The position numbers and the translations under genes are program-made. A stretch of DNA of 64,000 bases, taken from Octopus bimaculoides (lineage: Eukaryota). The DNA lies in contig NC_068992.1 of assembly GCF_001194135.2 (NCBI RefSeq), positions 2,873,312 to 2,937,311 on the forward strand. The letters run 5' to 3'. Positions within the stretch are counted from its first letter, which is position 1. Each line of letters opens with the position of its first letter. Shown here piece after piece: positions 11,123 through 24,295 of the stretch. The notes under the pieces are model-generated. The model did no database searches. It worked only from the letters and a program-made list of their open reading frames with translations, and was not told where the DNA came from.

Positions 11123-13361
11123 CAAGATAAATCTCTCCTCTTCTATGATGTAGATCTCATTATATCAATAGATTGTAATACAAGAAGAAATTAATGACTT
11201 GTAGGCACATGGTGTTTAATGTGTTTAATATATAAATTGGTATATCCAATAACATTACACCGCTAAATTTAGTGGCTATTTAAGCAATGAGATTGTAGCG
11301 GTAGCTAAATAGTTGAATGATCTCCCTTGAAAGAAAGATTATAGAGTAACCTCCCTTTACTAAGTTTCTCGAAGCATCTGTGTCATGAGGCATGATTCTT
11401 AATTATTCAAGAAGCTTAGCATTTCTCTTGGAAGTTTCTGGAATGTCTAGCGTTCCATTAATAAAAGAACAGTTTGCTAACCCAGCTCTTTGCTTCTTAG
11501 TCGATTAGACTTAGAGCCATTCACATCATTGCTATGTCCCTCTATTTCTCTATGCCACATGACTGAAAGCCACCACTTAGCTGTTATTTCTATATTTCTT
11601 ATCTCCGAACTTTCTTGCATAGATTACTTCATTCAACTAGATTCTACATTTTGATTCCATGTATCATCATTGACCAGTAAAAAGAATATATTCTTATGTA
11701 GTAAATATATAGTTCTTAAATTCATTCTGCTTTTGTATATGAACTCTTGTAATAATATACACACAACCACACCAACACCTGGTACAGAATATGTATTCCC
11801 ACTACAAGATCGTGGATGATTAATGACTTGGATGTGGTGTTGATGAAGGAGAAAGGACTCCTGAAATATGGCATGTATGCCCATCACCCATTTTTTCATC
11901 TTTGTTTTCGTTGTTTGTCTATATCTGACATCTCGGGTATGAAACATCGTAACAAAATCAGTGCTGGTTTATAATCTCCATAGAAAATCACAAGAGAAAA
12001 TGGTAAATCCAGAACTAACTAGTCAACTTCAATATAGTACTAAGGACTATTGTATACCAGTTAGTTTTTTGGTAATCTTAAGGAGAAATATAATCTCCTG
12101 TCAATATTTTTTCGGTCCACTTTAATTACATCTCAGATAATTAGACGAGGTAAGGGTATTTCCGATTTGACTTGAACAGCTACAGGTAGTTGGCTGTCAG
12201 GCCAAGAAATAAAGAGAAATGTAATTCCAGAGAGCAAAGATTGCACTTAGTGATTAGTATGGGTGAGAACAGTGGAAACGCAGAAGAATGGAGAGGTAGT
12301 TGCATTAATTAGAATTAGGTGGGGGTTGTCATCATACTAACACACTTAGAATAGCAGAAACTATTGTTGTAATGATAGAAAAAAAAAATTGAACAAATAA
12401 CTAACATAACTTGCAATTCATCTCCGTTGTAAGTAGTTAAAAGTTTGCCTATCAGCCATTTTTGCTATGCTTGAGCTGAAGATCTTAAGATACAATGTGT
12501 GTGTGTAAGTTAATTGAACTGTATGAATATGTTGCAATGTATGTTACTCTAATGTAGGCTATATTATGGCTTTGTAAAAGAGTTAGCATTTATTTAATGA
12601 GGAAGTATTTTTTCTTGTCTCTGAAAAGCAAGCAAAATCAGCTTATATGGTGATATTTTTATGCAAAAATTTATGCTTTCTTGAGTGATAACCAAATGTT
12701 CTCTCACACAGAGAATGTAATGGTTTGAGCTGTTCTATCCATGAATTCTACGATTTTAGTTCTTTGAATAATTTAATAATTTAATGGCTCATGGTATTTA
12801 TGGTTAAAAGCTTTCTTCTTCCAGCCCTAACATAGTATGAATATGATAATTTTGTGACTTTTTTAACATGAAATTGTCATATGAGGTCTTCAAGCCGCAT
12901 GTAACCAATAGCAATTTACTAGCTTCTATAGATACACAAGAGTCACTTTTCACATTACTCTGCTGCAGTACTGAATACTGTTTAAAATTACAAGCCAAAA
13001 GTAGGGTAAGAAAATCTAAGTTATGACTCATTAGCAAACTTAGGTTATCAGTTTTCATATTAAAGTGCAAACAATAGATTCCTGTGGTGTAAAAAAACAA
13101 AAACTGCCATACTGGTGAAAGTGTGTGTTACAGAAAAAGAGAATGATTCAAGTGAACATTACTGGCACATGCACGCATCACAAACACTAACTCTTTGTGT
13201 AAAATGTGCATAATGGTATGTCCTGGATATGGAGTTTTCCAACGATCTATATATTAATATCTGTATTCCTAAACTTCTTTGTAAAATATGTGTAACAGTA
13301 TGACCTGTACACACCTAATACTAACTACATAACATCAAAATGCTTCTTAAAATATTAATTT

Positions 13362-13573
13362 CAAATTTTGGCACAAGGCTGGCAAGTTTGGGGGAGGGAG
13401 TAAGTCAATTGCCTTGCCTCCAGTACTCAACTAGTACTTATTTTTATCAACCCCAAAAGGATGAAAGGCAAAGTCAACCTTGGCAGGATTGGAACTCGGA
13501 ATGTAAAGACTGACGAAATGTCACAAAGCACTCTTGTTTAGCCTGCTAATGATTCTGTGAGCTCACCACCTTC
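13362..13573 (-). mobile_element. SINE family F, TSD-flanked
   Basis: 22-bp TSD atgcttcttaaa(a/g)tattaattt (13340-13361, 13574-13595). Confidence 0.9.
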
Positions 13574-14290
13574 ATGCTTCTTAAAGTATTAATTTTTAAT
13601 TATATTATTAATTTATTTATTTCTTAAATGTTGAAATGAAATTTAGTGTGTTATGGTGGGCAATAATCATAGAGCACAACAGCAAGAATTGAACCAAGAG
13701 AGGCAGAGAAGATACCGGGCAAAGAATTTTGGAATAAAGAGAGGAGAATCAGGAATGACATGAAGAATTTACCCAGGAAGAAAGGAATTAAATTAATGCA
13801 AGAAATGGAGTTTGCCATATGATGAACATTAAAGACAAAGCTAATAGGAAAAGAATGAGAAATGTTAATCAAAACAAAAAAAAAACCCCCACAAAATGTG
13901 AACAATTATATTAATAGTTGGCAAGAATATTTTACATGAGTCAGAATGAGAAAAAGAGGCGGGAAGAGAAGATACAAGATTTCTTAGAAATTAATGAAAG
14001 GATTATAAAGGAAACGGCAGGATATTATTATCGTGTGGAGAAATATTTATGGCTGACATTGTACCAGAAAATGGGCTGCGGAATTTCCACAGGTACTGCT
14101 CATAAAGTTCATAGTACAATAAAGAATACGGTAAATGTTCTTATCCGTATTTAATGCAATGTTGATGGTAGGATTGTTGAATCTTCACCTCCCAGAGATT
14201 TCAGTGTGAGCATTAACTGATGCAAATTTTATTCTTTGTTCTTTCTTTCTCTTCCTCTGTCTGTCAGTCTCTCTCTCTCTCTCTCTCTCT

Positions 14291-14470
14291 TTGACCGTTG
14301 ACTGAACACTATTCAATTTTTTTTCTCCGTATTTTTCTCCTTGTCTCCGTATTCTTTCTGTTGAAGAGCGTAGCTCGAAACGTCAAAGACTTTCCGTATT
14401 CCCGAGCGTCATACTAATATATACTTTTGTTATTTACACCACCTGTCCTCGTCTGTTGTTATTTTTTGTA
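14291..14470 (+). mobile_element. About 180-bp hammerhead-bearing repeat between (CT)n and (TA)n
   Basis: CpG-rich island. Shares tcccgagc and gtcctc...gttgtt blocks with the reverse complement of 43612-43815. Confidence 0.6.
14353..14389 (+). ncRNA. Minimal hammerhead-like motif with A6>U core variant
   Basis: TCTTT-CTGTTGA-A-GAGC-GTA-GCTC-GAA-ACGT-C-AAAGA, with perfect stems I and II. Confidence 0.65.
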
Positions 14471-14479
14471 TATTCTCCC

Positions 14480-14515
<36 letters not shown>

Positions 14516-14544
14516 ATGCATATATATGTATGCATATATATATT

Positions 14545-14588
<44 letters not shown>

Positions 14589-14829
14589 CATATATATTTA
14601 TATATTTATATATTTATGTATATATGACTACGTGCCAATCAGGCTATCAGACGTTACACGTCGCTAGTCACAATGCACTTTTGCACTGTTTTAGCCTTCA
14701 AACGACACCACTTTGCTGGGCAGGCAAGCAGGTCAACATTTCTCCTTGATCAAAAAGGGGATGGGAACAACATGCACATCGCCCAATCAGGGAATCAAAC
14801 ACAGTCTAACTAACATGAGTGCAACAACC

Positions 14830-14866
<37 letters not shown>

Positions 14867-14874
14867 TATATAGT

Positions 14875-15028
14875 CCACTCTGTATGATGGTTGGCATTAG
14901 GAAGGGTATCCAGCCATAAAAGCCCTACCAAAACAGACTATTGGTGCCTGGTGCTGTTTTCTAACTCGCCGGCTCCTGTCCAACCATCCAACCCATGCCA
15001 GCATAGAAAACAGGCGTTAAATGATGAT
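14875..15028 (+). mobile_element. RTE-tail repeat, older copy
   Basis: ggttggcattaggaagggtatccagcc...caacccatgccagcat...cgttaaatgatgat. Confidence 0.8.
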
Positions 15029-15950
15029 ATGTATGTTGTCTCATTCATAGAAAAGAGATAAATGTTTATGCCTATGTCAATAACTGTTGCTTTCAGATTA
15101 AACGTATTTTCATAACTTTACATTTATGAAAGAAAATCTGAGTTAGAAATATAAATATACATTTTTTTCATTCAGCTGAATATGTCTTTCACTCATATAT
15201 ATTGTCTAAGATTCTCCAAAGGAATATATAACCAAAACTTTTTGAGTCACTCAGTGGCATCGTTATCAACATGATCGGTAACACTGGTTAATATTGTTTT
15301 AATCTTATGCTTCAATGCTGCTTTCATTCTAAAATTTAATCATTCAAAGACTACAATAGTATCACCATCACCATTAACACTTGGTGTTATACATTATTCC
15401 AAGTATGCAGTGGTGAAAATTTGTGATGAAAATGGGCTGAATTAATCGTCCATTCCAAACATGTCGCACTTGTTCTTGATTAATTCCTGTTAATAATGTG
15501 TTGTACTAGAATTCTCATTCAAAGCTTGATCATTGAATGGAATTTTATATTTTTGTTTTATTTGTACTCTTTAACACCCCTAGAAGGAGTATAAACCATA
15601 CCAGAGGTGTGAACCATATTGTATCAAAACAAGCAAGATTTATTCAAAACACTTTCAGTCATGAAAATTTTCATCAAAATTATGGAATGGCTGGAGCAGG
15701 GGAGTGAAATTAGTTTTTTAAAATATTTAAACTTTCATTTTTTTTTGTAATTACTTCTGCATTTTTAATTATTTCCTTGCTCTGCCATTGTTACCACAAC
15801 CACTATCACCACTACTACTATTACTCCTACTACTGATCATTATTATTATCGCATTACTGCCTTTGTTCCAGCTTTTTACACCAAAGTGAACTTTGCTTTC
15901 CAATTTCTGGGGTTGACAGAATAAAGCCCCAGTCAAGAGCAGGGATCAAT

Positions 15951-16350
15951 TTAACCCTTTAGCATTCAGATTAGTTTGTCAAATTTTATGTTTATTTATT
16001 CACATTGTTTTGAATTAATCATGGATTATCTCGTGATTTTGTGATTTTGATTAAGGGGAAAACAACAGCAAAAGACTAGGTACTGGTTCTCTTGTCTGTG
16101 AACTGAGACATAATGCTCTGTCTTGAGTTCAATATCTGAACCATTTAGCATTCAGGTTCCTCTATCAAAAGTAATGCTTTTTGATTCACATTGTTTTGAA
16201 TTAATCATGCTTCAAGATTTCAATGATATGATTGTTTGTTATTAAGAATGACATTAAGATGGGTGTGAGAGGCCAGAACTGATCACTTTGAAGATAGAAT
16301 AGGCAGAATATTTTCACCAAATTTGGCCGGTTTAAATGCTAAAGGGTTAA
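15951..16350. mobile_element. TTAA-flanked piggyBac-type MITE, composite of two partial copies
   Basis: Perfect inverted ends TTAACCCTTTAGCATT / AATGCTAAAGGGTTAA. An internal second start lies at about 16140. Confidence 0.75.
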
Positions 16351-16872
16351 ACATTCCTTTATTGTTTCTGTCTGCAGCCTGTACATTTACATCATCACAA
16401 TTTTTATGATGTTCTTATCCATTTATTAACATCACTATCATCATCATTGTTGCATAGATACATTAAAATAATGCGTTTTAAGAGTGACATGAATGACAAT
16501 CTGGAAGTATATATTTATGGTTTCTAATAGCAAGGAATAATGGATGAGTTATTCAACAATATGAAAGTCAGTGAATTTTCTCTGCTCTCTGCAAGGTATT
16601 GAATCTTGTCAACTTTTAGATGAGTAATGGTATTGAGTAAACTTTTTGTAAAAGGTCACCAGTTGAGAATAAGTGAATAACAACCATATTTATCAATCAC
16701 TTTGATATGACCCCCACCTGAAAACTTTGATTTTTAATAATAAAAAAGACTCTAACTTTAAGGTGTTTATATTTAAACATAAATCTTCCCTTCTAATTTG
16801 AAGTAAAACCTTTTGTCAAGTTATAATCCAAACAACTGTGTAATAAAAAATAAAGGATCAATCATTAAATCC

Positions 16873-17019
16873 TTCATCTGTCTTTACATTCTGAGTTCAA
16901 ATTCCGCCGAGGTCGACTTTGCCTTTCATCCTTTCGGGGTCAATAAATTAAGTAACAGTTGTGTACAAGAGTTGATCTCCTCAAAGCTTTTGGGCCTTGT
17001 GCCTAGAGTAGAAAAGATT
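16873..17019 (+). mobile_element. SINE family F, 5'-truncated
   Basis: gagttcaaattccgccgaggtcgactttgcctttcatcctttcggggtc, flanked by an attaaatcc repeat. Confidence 0.85.
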
Positions 17020-17624
17020 ATTAAATCCCTCCAAATTCTTGATAATTTTCAAAATCATTGCCTCATATCACATATCCTGTTAAAAATTTTCACCACATCT
17101 CGTCAATGCTACATATATAAACTTAAGATATTTATCCACATATTATGAATGAAATGTGTAGCATGGAAATGTAAGATCCATTTTGACTGCTCACTAGTTG
17201 AATACCTAGGGCTAAAATTGTGTCTCTAGATGTAAACTGAAACTAAACATCAGCAACTATCTGAATTCTGTTGTAACTTGAGGGAAGTGCCATCTATTGC
17301 CTCTAGGCTCGAAACTTAAGATTTATGTTTTCTTTCTAAGATCAATTTTTACTTTGTGAATATGAAATAGACTTTTTACTTTATTTTACTTTTTACCATG
17401 GCATCTTATCCCATCTGTTTTTTGCAAATTTTCTAATTAAAACCTGCCAAAAATTAGTGATATGCACATCTCCTTTATTTTTTATATTTCTTTTTCAATT
17501 TTCCACATTTATCAATATCCAGAAACTATAGTTAACTTCAGATATGATAAAAAAATTGTTTAATATTCTTTAAATTCAGCTTTGCTATAATTTTGTGAGA
17601 TTTCAATACATTTTGCTATGTTTT

Positions 17625-17770
17625 AATATGTAAATCTCCACTTTCATTTAATGTAATATTTCTAAATCTCCTCTTTCACATAATTTAATATATGTAAATC
17701 TCTTCTTTCACATAATTTAATATATGTAAATCTCCTCTTTCACATATTTTAATATATGTGAATCATTTTC
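17625..17770. repeat. 32-bp minisatellite, about 4 copies
   Basis: Unit taaatctcctctttcacataatttaatatatg. Confidence 0.85.
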
Positions 17771-18149
17771 ACATTTTCATTACATTGATTTAACTTAATT
17801 TCTTGATTTTCACATTCAAACAAGTTCAAAATCTCTTTTTATTTTTGTTTTTTTTTTTGTCATTTCTACAAGACTATGTTTTTGCCTCACTTTGCTCAGA
17901 TTTAGGGTTGTGTGTGGGGGGTGAGAGAGAGAGAGAGAGAGAGAGAGTGTGTGTGTGTGTGTGTGTGTCTTAGAGAGGGAGATAGAGTAAGTTTAATCAA
18001 TGAATTCTTTAAAATATCTCATTTGTGAATAATGTTATTTTCTTTATCTCTACTCCACCTGAAATTTCAAAGCAGAAGAGAACTTAGATGGTACTAACCC
18101 AACCCCCAGATTACCTAACACTTGGGTAATTGCACAACAAACCAGTTAG

Positions 18150-18960
18150 ACTTTAGTCTCACTAGAAATCAAGATAGGCAACTGATTTTCTAAATACCAA
18201 ATAGTTTTCTGGTCAAGAACTGTTCAGTCAACATAGATTAAGGATTAGTGACAATAAGAACTAGGCTTATTTAGAGACGAAAAACCATTTAGAGAGGGTA
18301 GAAATGGCAGCTGAAAGACCCCTTGACTAATCTTGAGAAGAAAGAGACAAAGAGACTTATATGATTCTATGAGATGACTTACCGAAAGTTTCTGACCAGT
18401 TCTGTGATTGATGCAAAGTCCCAACAAGACATAAGGTCACATGATGTTAGAATCATACTCTTAGTTTGAGCCATAAAAGACAAGTAAGTCTTGGAAAGTC
18501 TGAAAGGCAGTAGAGAGAAATATGTATGGAATATCAGCAGATGCTGAAAAGAAAAGGAAATGAGGAGAAAGTGTAAGAAATTAGGGATCCAACTCAATGT
18601 GGCCCCAGTTGTGTGATCAGCTGTCGTTGTATGGGAGATAAAATGATTAAGGATGTGAAGGCGGGGAAAGCATCTGATTTTGCATATAATCGTTTAAATA
18701 GATATTTGGTGAAATGAATTCATGCCAGTCACTTGCATAAGCAATCAGGTGGTACAAGAGATGTCATACTCCAATGGATATCACATGATGGTTGTAAATG
18801 TGTATCACTGTCATGAAAATGAGGCTGTTCACTTCCAGTCTCCAATAAAAAACATCTAGTCTAACTATGAGGAATAATACTCTCCTTTGAAAAAGTGAGG
18901 TTTGCCAACAGGAAAGGCATCCAACCATAGGAAATCTGTCTCAGTAAACCCCACCTTTGG
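18150..18960 (+). mobile_element. Heavily degenerate RTE LINE relic
   Basis: Residual peptides WQLKDP (18305) and DKMIKDVKAGKAS (18637-18675) resemble RTE linker and pre-RT motifs. A 3'UTR-like ggtttgccaacaggaaaggcatcc follows. Confidence 0.5.
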
Positions 18961-19066
18961 ATTTGTTATCTCATTCGATCAAATAAAAAAAGATATATAT
19001 ATTAATAGTCATAGTATGACAACAAAAGAGTGAATGAGACCTTGATATTATGTAATTAAAGGAATT

Positions 19067-19274
19067 TATCTGTAATATAATATGTGACAATTATTAGGTT
19101 ACCATAATAACGGTCATTTACATAGTAATTTCCCCATGTTTAACAGTCATTTTCATAGCATTCTTGCTTGTCTCAATAACTGACAAGATGCCGGAGCATA
19201 TTTCCGCTCCGACATCTGAAACTCAGAGTTTTATTATGGCAACCGAATAATTGTCACATATTATATTACAGATA
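19067..19274. mobile_element. Element with 44-bp inverted repeats (MITE-like), cut by a gap
   Basis: tatctgtaatataatatgtgacaattattaggttaccataataa (19067-19110) versus its reverse complement at 19231-19274, 2 mismatches. Confidence 0.7.
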
Positions 19275-19293
19275 TATCTATATATATATATAT

Positions 19294-19773
19294 NNNNNNN
19301 NNNNNNNNNNNNNNNNNNNNNNNNNNNNNNNNNNNNNNNNNNNNNNNNNNNNNNNNNNNNNNNNNNNNNNNNNNNNNNNNNNNNNNNNNNNNNNNNNNNN
19401 NNNNNNNNNNNNNNNNNNNNNNNNNNNNNNNNNNNNNNNNNNNNNNNNNNNNNNNNNNNNNNNNNNNNNNNNNNNNNNNNNNNNNNNNNNNNNNNNNNNN
19501 NNNNNNNNNNNNNNNNNNNNNNNNNNNNNNNNNNNNNNNNNNNNNNNNNNNNNNNNNNNNNNNNNNNNNNNNNNNNNNNNNNNNNNNNNNNNNNNNNNNN
19601 NNNNNNNNNNNNNNNNNNNNNNNNNNNNNNNNNNNNNNNNNNNNNNNNNNNNNNNNNNNNNNNNNNNNNNNNNNNNNNNNNNNNNNNNNNNNNNNNNNNN
19701 NNNNNNNNNNNNNNNNNNNNNNNNNNNNNNNNNNNNNNNNNNNNNNNNNNNNNNNNNNNNNNNNNNNNNNNNN
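19294..19773. other. Assembly gap
   Basis: Run of N flanked by (TA)n. Other gaps: 26620-26794, 28444-28483, 31111-31120, 31987-31996, 40588-40950, 42246-42288, 43330-43523, 56606-57303, 61375-61768. Confidence 1.
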
Positions 19774-19841
19774 ATATATATATATATATATATAGTCTGT
19801 GTATGTTGAGAACATTGTCAAATGTTCACATATGTAATGTA

Positions 19842-19881
<40 letters not shown>

Positions 19882-20589
19882 TGTATGAGGATGTAAATTT
19901 ATGAATGTAATCTTTTTTAGTACTTAAAAGTTTTTATGCGGATCAGTAAGTTTTGTAATATTACTAACTGCTGTACAATTCCAGTACTAAGTACAGAGTA
20001 GTTGCTGATCTGATTAAAACTTTTTTTTTTTTCCAATTATTGCATTTCGTCCATATTGATAGAGGTGTCAAACAGGAGATGCTGGAACTAACAAACTGGA
20101 AAGTGGAGGTTGTGGTCTTTTTGTCATGCTTCAGTTTGCATTAAGCCTAAAAAGCCTCTTAGAGGCCGTACAAGTACAGCTTGTCACATTAACACCAAGT
20201 TTAAGGTGATAAGAACAAATAAATCTTGAATACATCCCTGATAATTCTGACTTGTTTGACAGTGAGTCTCACACATTACTGCAGCTAGCAAATATAACTT
20301 ATGGTTATTCTTGAATTACTAGAGTTTAGACAATTTCCTTGGTGACACTTCAAAAGAATTGGTAATCCGAACAGTGAAATATTTATAGTCCAGGTTGCGC
20401 AGTAGAGAAGTGATTGGCGGGCCTTTGTTTTTATTAATTGTGTAGTAATAAAGCTGTTGACCTAATTAACCTCCAGAACTAATCTATTGGCCTTATTAGC
20501 CTCAAGAGTTATGAATTCAATAATATTAAAACTGATCATAATTGTTTATAATAATAATTATCATTATTATTTCTGTGGTGAAGTCAGTT

Positions 20590-20913
20590 AGCTGGTAGTG
20601 TTGTCAGCATACTGGGCTAAATGCTTAGCATTATTTCATCTGTCTCTGTGTTCTGAGTTCAAATTCTGCCAAGGTTGACTTAACCCTTTCATTACCAACC
20701 CAGCTGAAACCGACTCTGGCTCTGAGTACAAATGTCTTGTTTTCATAAGTTTTTAATTAAAATCTTCTACGAAACCTTAATCACAATTTATGCCCCTAAC
20801 ACTAGCTTAATGATAACTAAGTTATTTTACTAAATTCTTTGTTATATTTAAAATAATTGAAACACAGAGCATTTCAAAATAGATACAATAACTAGAGGGT
20901 TAACCTTTCATCC
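20590..20913 (+). mobile_element. SINE family F 5' part, interrupted by a MITE
   Basis: ctgagttcaaattctgccaaggttgac-[MITE]-cctttcatcc. Confidence 0.8.
20680..20903. mobile_element. TTAA-flanked piggyBac-type MITE
   Basis: TTAA-CCCTTTC...TAGAGGG-TTAA. The host SINE sequence resumes right after the second TTAA. Confidence 0.8.
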
Positions 20914-21039
<126 letters not shown>

Positions 21040-21169
21040 ACATTTATGTACACATATCAGATTAACACAATCAGACATGCACATGGAGAGTACAACATTG
21101 TATGTATACACACACTTTAACAAACATTTCTATAGCTTGTATAAATTAAATTTGTTCTTTCTTTGACAG

Positions 21170-21469
21170 CTGTTCACATCAGTGGGACTGACTATGTGGA
21201 GAACACCAAATCTATTGAAATTATATGTAACGCCACTAGTGGAGGTCGTCCACCAAAAGAGATCACATGGTTTAAAGATGGAGAAATTATTACTTCAGAG
21301 ACCAATAATGAACGGATACAGATCAAATCAGATGTTCACACGGTTGCACGGGCTTTGATAAGTAAACTTGTAATTAAACGGAGTCACTTAGATGATGCAG
21401 GGATATACGTGTGCAGAACATCTGACTTGAAAGCCACAGAGTTCAAAGTTCATGTGCTTAATACTTATG
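21170..21469 (+). CDS. Ig exon A of a Dpr/zig-8-like IgSF cell-surface protein (300 nt, phase 1/1)
   Basis: Acceptor tttgttctttctttgacAG, donor G|GTGAGT. Translation VHISGTDYVENTKSIEIICNAT...ITWFKDG...LISKLVIKRSHLDDAGIYVCRTSDLKATEFKVHVLNTY has the Ig B-strand Cys, C-strand Trp and DxGxYxC. The family call is from memory. Confidence 0.92.
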
Positions 21470-23127
21470 GTGAGTAATGAGATTCTTTTCCATTTTTTTT
21501 TTCTTGTTTTGTTTGTTTTTGTCAAAATGTTTGTCAAAAAAGTAAAACAATGAGAAAAAAAAACAGTTTTATTATACTACTCTGAAATGATGGATGATGA
21601 AGCAATAGTTTTAGCATAGCAATAGAAATTAAGACTTGCTTCCATATAAAGGTGCTACTCAATTGAATATGCTATAGATCTAAGTCTAGCTATTTTCCCC
21701 TGGTTTTTAAGTCTTGTAGATCTTAAATCCATTAATTAAAAATCATCAGAAGAATGAAAAGATAAGCTAACTTCAAGGAGTCAACTTCAAAAAAAATGAG
21801 GTTTTATTTATTAAAATTGCTATTTTATACTTTTTCTTGAAATCTTTTGTGCTTTGATTCTCTGTTTTCTGCTCTTCTGCTTATGTTTTGGTTTAAATAT
21901 GCCAAAACAGAATTCTTCTGTTTATTAATTTATATATTCATGCAGTTTGGATTTTTCTGTTAAAAATCTATTCCTTCTTCATATGACTTTTGCATATAAT
22001 GGCATAAGGAAAAAGGAGAATGATGTGAGAAAGCATTTAAAAATATTTATTCGTTTTGTTTCCTTCATCTTTAAGTGGGATTCCAATATTTTGAATAATT
22101 TGAAACGTGTTCTGAATTTCTGATAAGTCTCACAGCAGAAACAAATCTGCCATTATTGCTGCTACTGCCATTTTAACGATGGCAAATATTGAACAATAAA
22201 AGAAATTAAAACAGCAAGTCCTTACAAATAATATAACACACACTTTCAATCAATGTTCTTTTCTAAAAAAAATGTACTCTTTATTATTCAAAATATTACT
22301 GATAAATGTTTGCATACAATGGAGTTTATTTTAAAATACACTTTTTTTTTTTATTAAATTAAAAATATATTTGGAGAAGAGAAAAAACAAAGACATGTGA
22401 TTATTTTTTTAAAAGAAGAAATCTGGTCAAAGTATGCGAAATAAGAAATTGTTATTTAGTTTGAATATTAAGAAAATCTACAATTTGATTAAAAAGAGTT
22501 GGTCAAATATTTGAATTCACTTTTGAAGTAAAGACCATATCTCAGTTGTAAAGAGTTTCCAGATGTGATTTGTGTGATTGTTTTGTTTGAGACTAATACT
22601 TTTCCAAAGTTTCTGTTTTTGAAATTATTTTCTTTTTGCATTTCTCTGTGATGCCTCTGATGTTGATACATGATATTTTTAGCACTCTGATCTGATGGCA
22701 TGCGTTCTCTTGTTATGATATGCAAAAATGTTGCCTCAAATTTTACTTTTATGCATCTATTACCTCTTCATTTTCCCTCTTACCAACAAGGAATTGGCAT
22801 TTTGTTTGACAAAAGAAGCACAACCAATACATACCCTCTACAGAATAGGCAACTTGATGAAATGGTTAATTCCCACCATAAGCACCAAACTTCATGTTTA
22901 CAAGAGTTTAAAACTATAATGTTGATGATATTCTGAAGGGCTTTAGTAACATAATGGTCGTGCTTTTATATAACGGTGCTCCAATATTTATAAAGTTCGT
23001 AAAAGAGTCAAGCATATTTATTGAATAAAATTTTAAGACTTATTTTCATTGCAATGTTTAATCATTAGTCAAAATTAATTATTAGTCAAAAGAACATCAT
23101 TTAAATTTTTAGGTTTATTGGTTAATA

Positions 23128-23503
23128 TGGAGGCGCAATGGCCCAGTGGTTAGGGCAGTGGACTCGCAGTCATAGGATTGAGGTTTCAATTCCCAGACGA
23201 GGCTTTGTGAGTGTTTGAGTGAAAGCACTTAAAGCTCCACGAAGCTCCAACAGGGAGTGGTGGCGAACCCTGCTGTACTCTTTCACCACAACTTTCTGTC
23301 ACTCTTCCTGTTTCTCTTGTACCTGTAATTCAAAGGGGCCAGCCTTGTCACACTCTGTGTCACGCTGAATCTCCCCAAGAACTATGTTAAGAGTACATAT
23401 GTCTGTGGAATGCTCAGCCACTTGCACATTAATTTCACAAGCAGGCTGTTCCATTGATTGGATCAACTGGAACCCTCGTCATCGTAACTGTCAGAGTGCC
23501 ATG
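23128..23503 (+). mobile_element. Full-length tRNA-derived SINE (OR-type-like)
   Basis: Head ggaggcgcaatggcccagtggttagggcag...tttcaattccc. TSD at(t/c)ggttaata (23117-23127, 23504-23514). Confidence 0.9.
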
Positions 23504-23806
23504 ATCGGTTAATACATTTTGATTGATATGTAACAGAACCACATCAGCTGAAAATAGATGCAAACCAAAATGTTTAATTTAATGAAACAGTACAAACTTT
23601 GATGGCAGATTATTAGTTGCTGTTGATTATCTGTCAAAATTTATCAATTTAGTTGCTGTAATGATAAGCTCTGGAACTTATAGGCATAGATTTTCATACT
23701 CTCTGGTATTAATTGTTCCCTTGGGTACAGATTCTTTACTTGTTCTGTTTTCTGTTTGCTTGAAAGAAGCAAAATCATTTGAAAATACTAAATGCATCAG
23801 AAAACA

Positions 23807-24295
23807 CAGTTCCGTATTTAAGAGATGTGGAACTATGTACATTATTTACATTATTTACATTTGACAGGTATTTGTCCTCATCTTGTTTGTTGTTAACATA
23901 ACATGGCAGTCCTAGTTTAGGACTAATATTGCTGTAATTTAGCCCCAGGAGACATCGTCTCTAGCTGGCTATACGACACGGTCTGTCTCCTTATATTTTC
24001 AAACAAGGGAATCTAGCACCCCTACTCAACTCAAAAGGGTGCTAGATTCCCTTGTTTGAAAATATAAGGACACAGATCATGTCATATAGCCAGCTGGAGA
24101 CGATGTCTCCTGGGGCTAAATTACAGCAATATTCGTCCTAAACCAGGACTGCCATGTTATGTTGGCAAACAATCTTTACTACAAAGTACTGTTGCTGAAT
24201 ATCTTACGTTGTGAGATTTAAAAGCAGTAATTTTGTAACAAACAAGATGAGGACAAATATCCGTCAAATCTAAATAATATAAATAATGCATCATA
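23807..24295. repeat. Fold-back locus: 127-bp inverted arms plus outer inverted SINE tails
   Basis: Arms 23895-24021 and 24037-24163 (7 mismatches, 15-nt spacer). Tail copies at 23807-23900 (-) and about 24236-24295 (+). Confidence 0.92.

Noticed and set aside
11633-11947. 104-aa minus ORF with AIFQES, vaguely like RT GIFQGDS
   Set aside because: There is no YxDD, and the similarity is too weak without an HMM search.
13650-14154. Purine-rich stretch with a 78-aa ORF (...GTAHKV...)
   Set aside because: It faintly resembles a decayed LINE, but no motif could be aligned with confidence.
17625-17770. 32-bp repeats as a CRISPR-like array
   Set aside because: They are head-to-tail with no spacers, in eukaryotic DNA, so this is an ordinary minisatellite.
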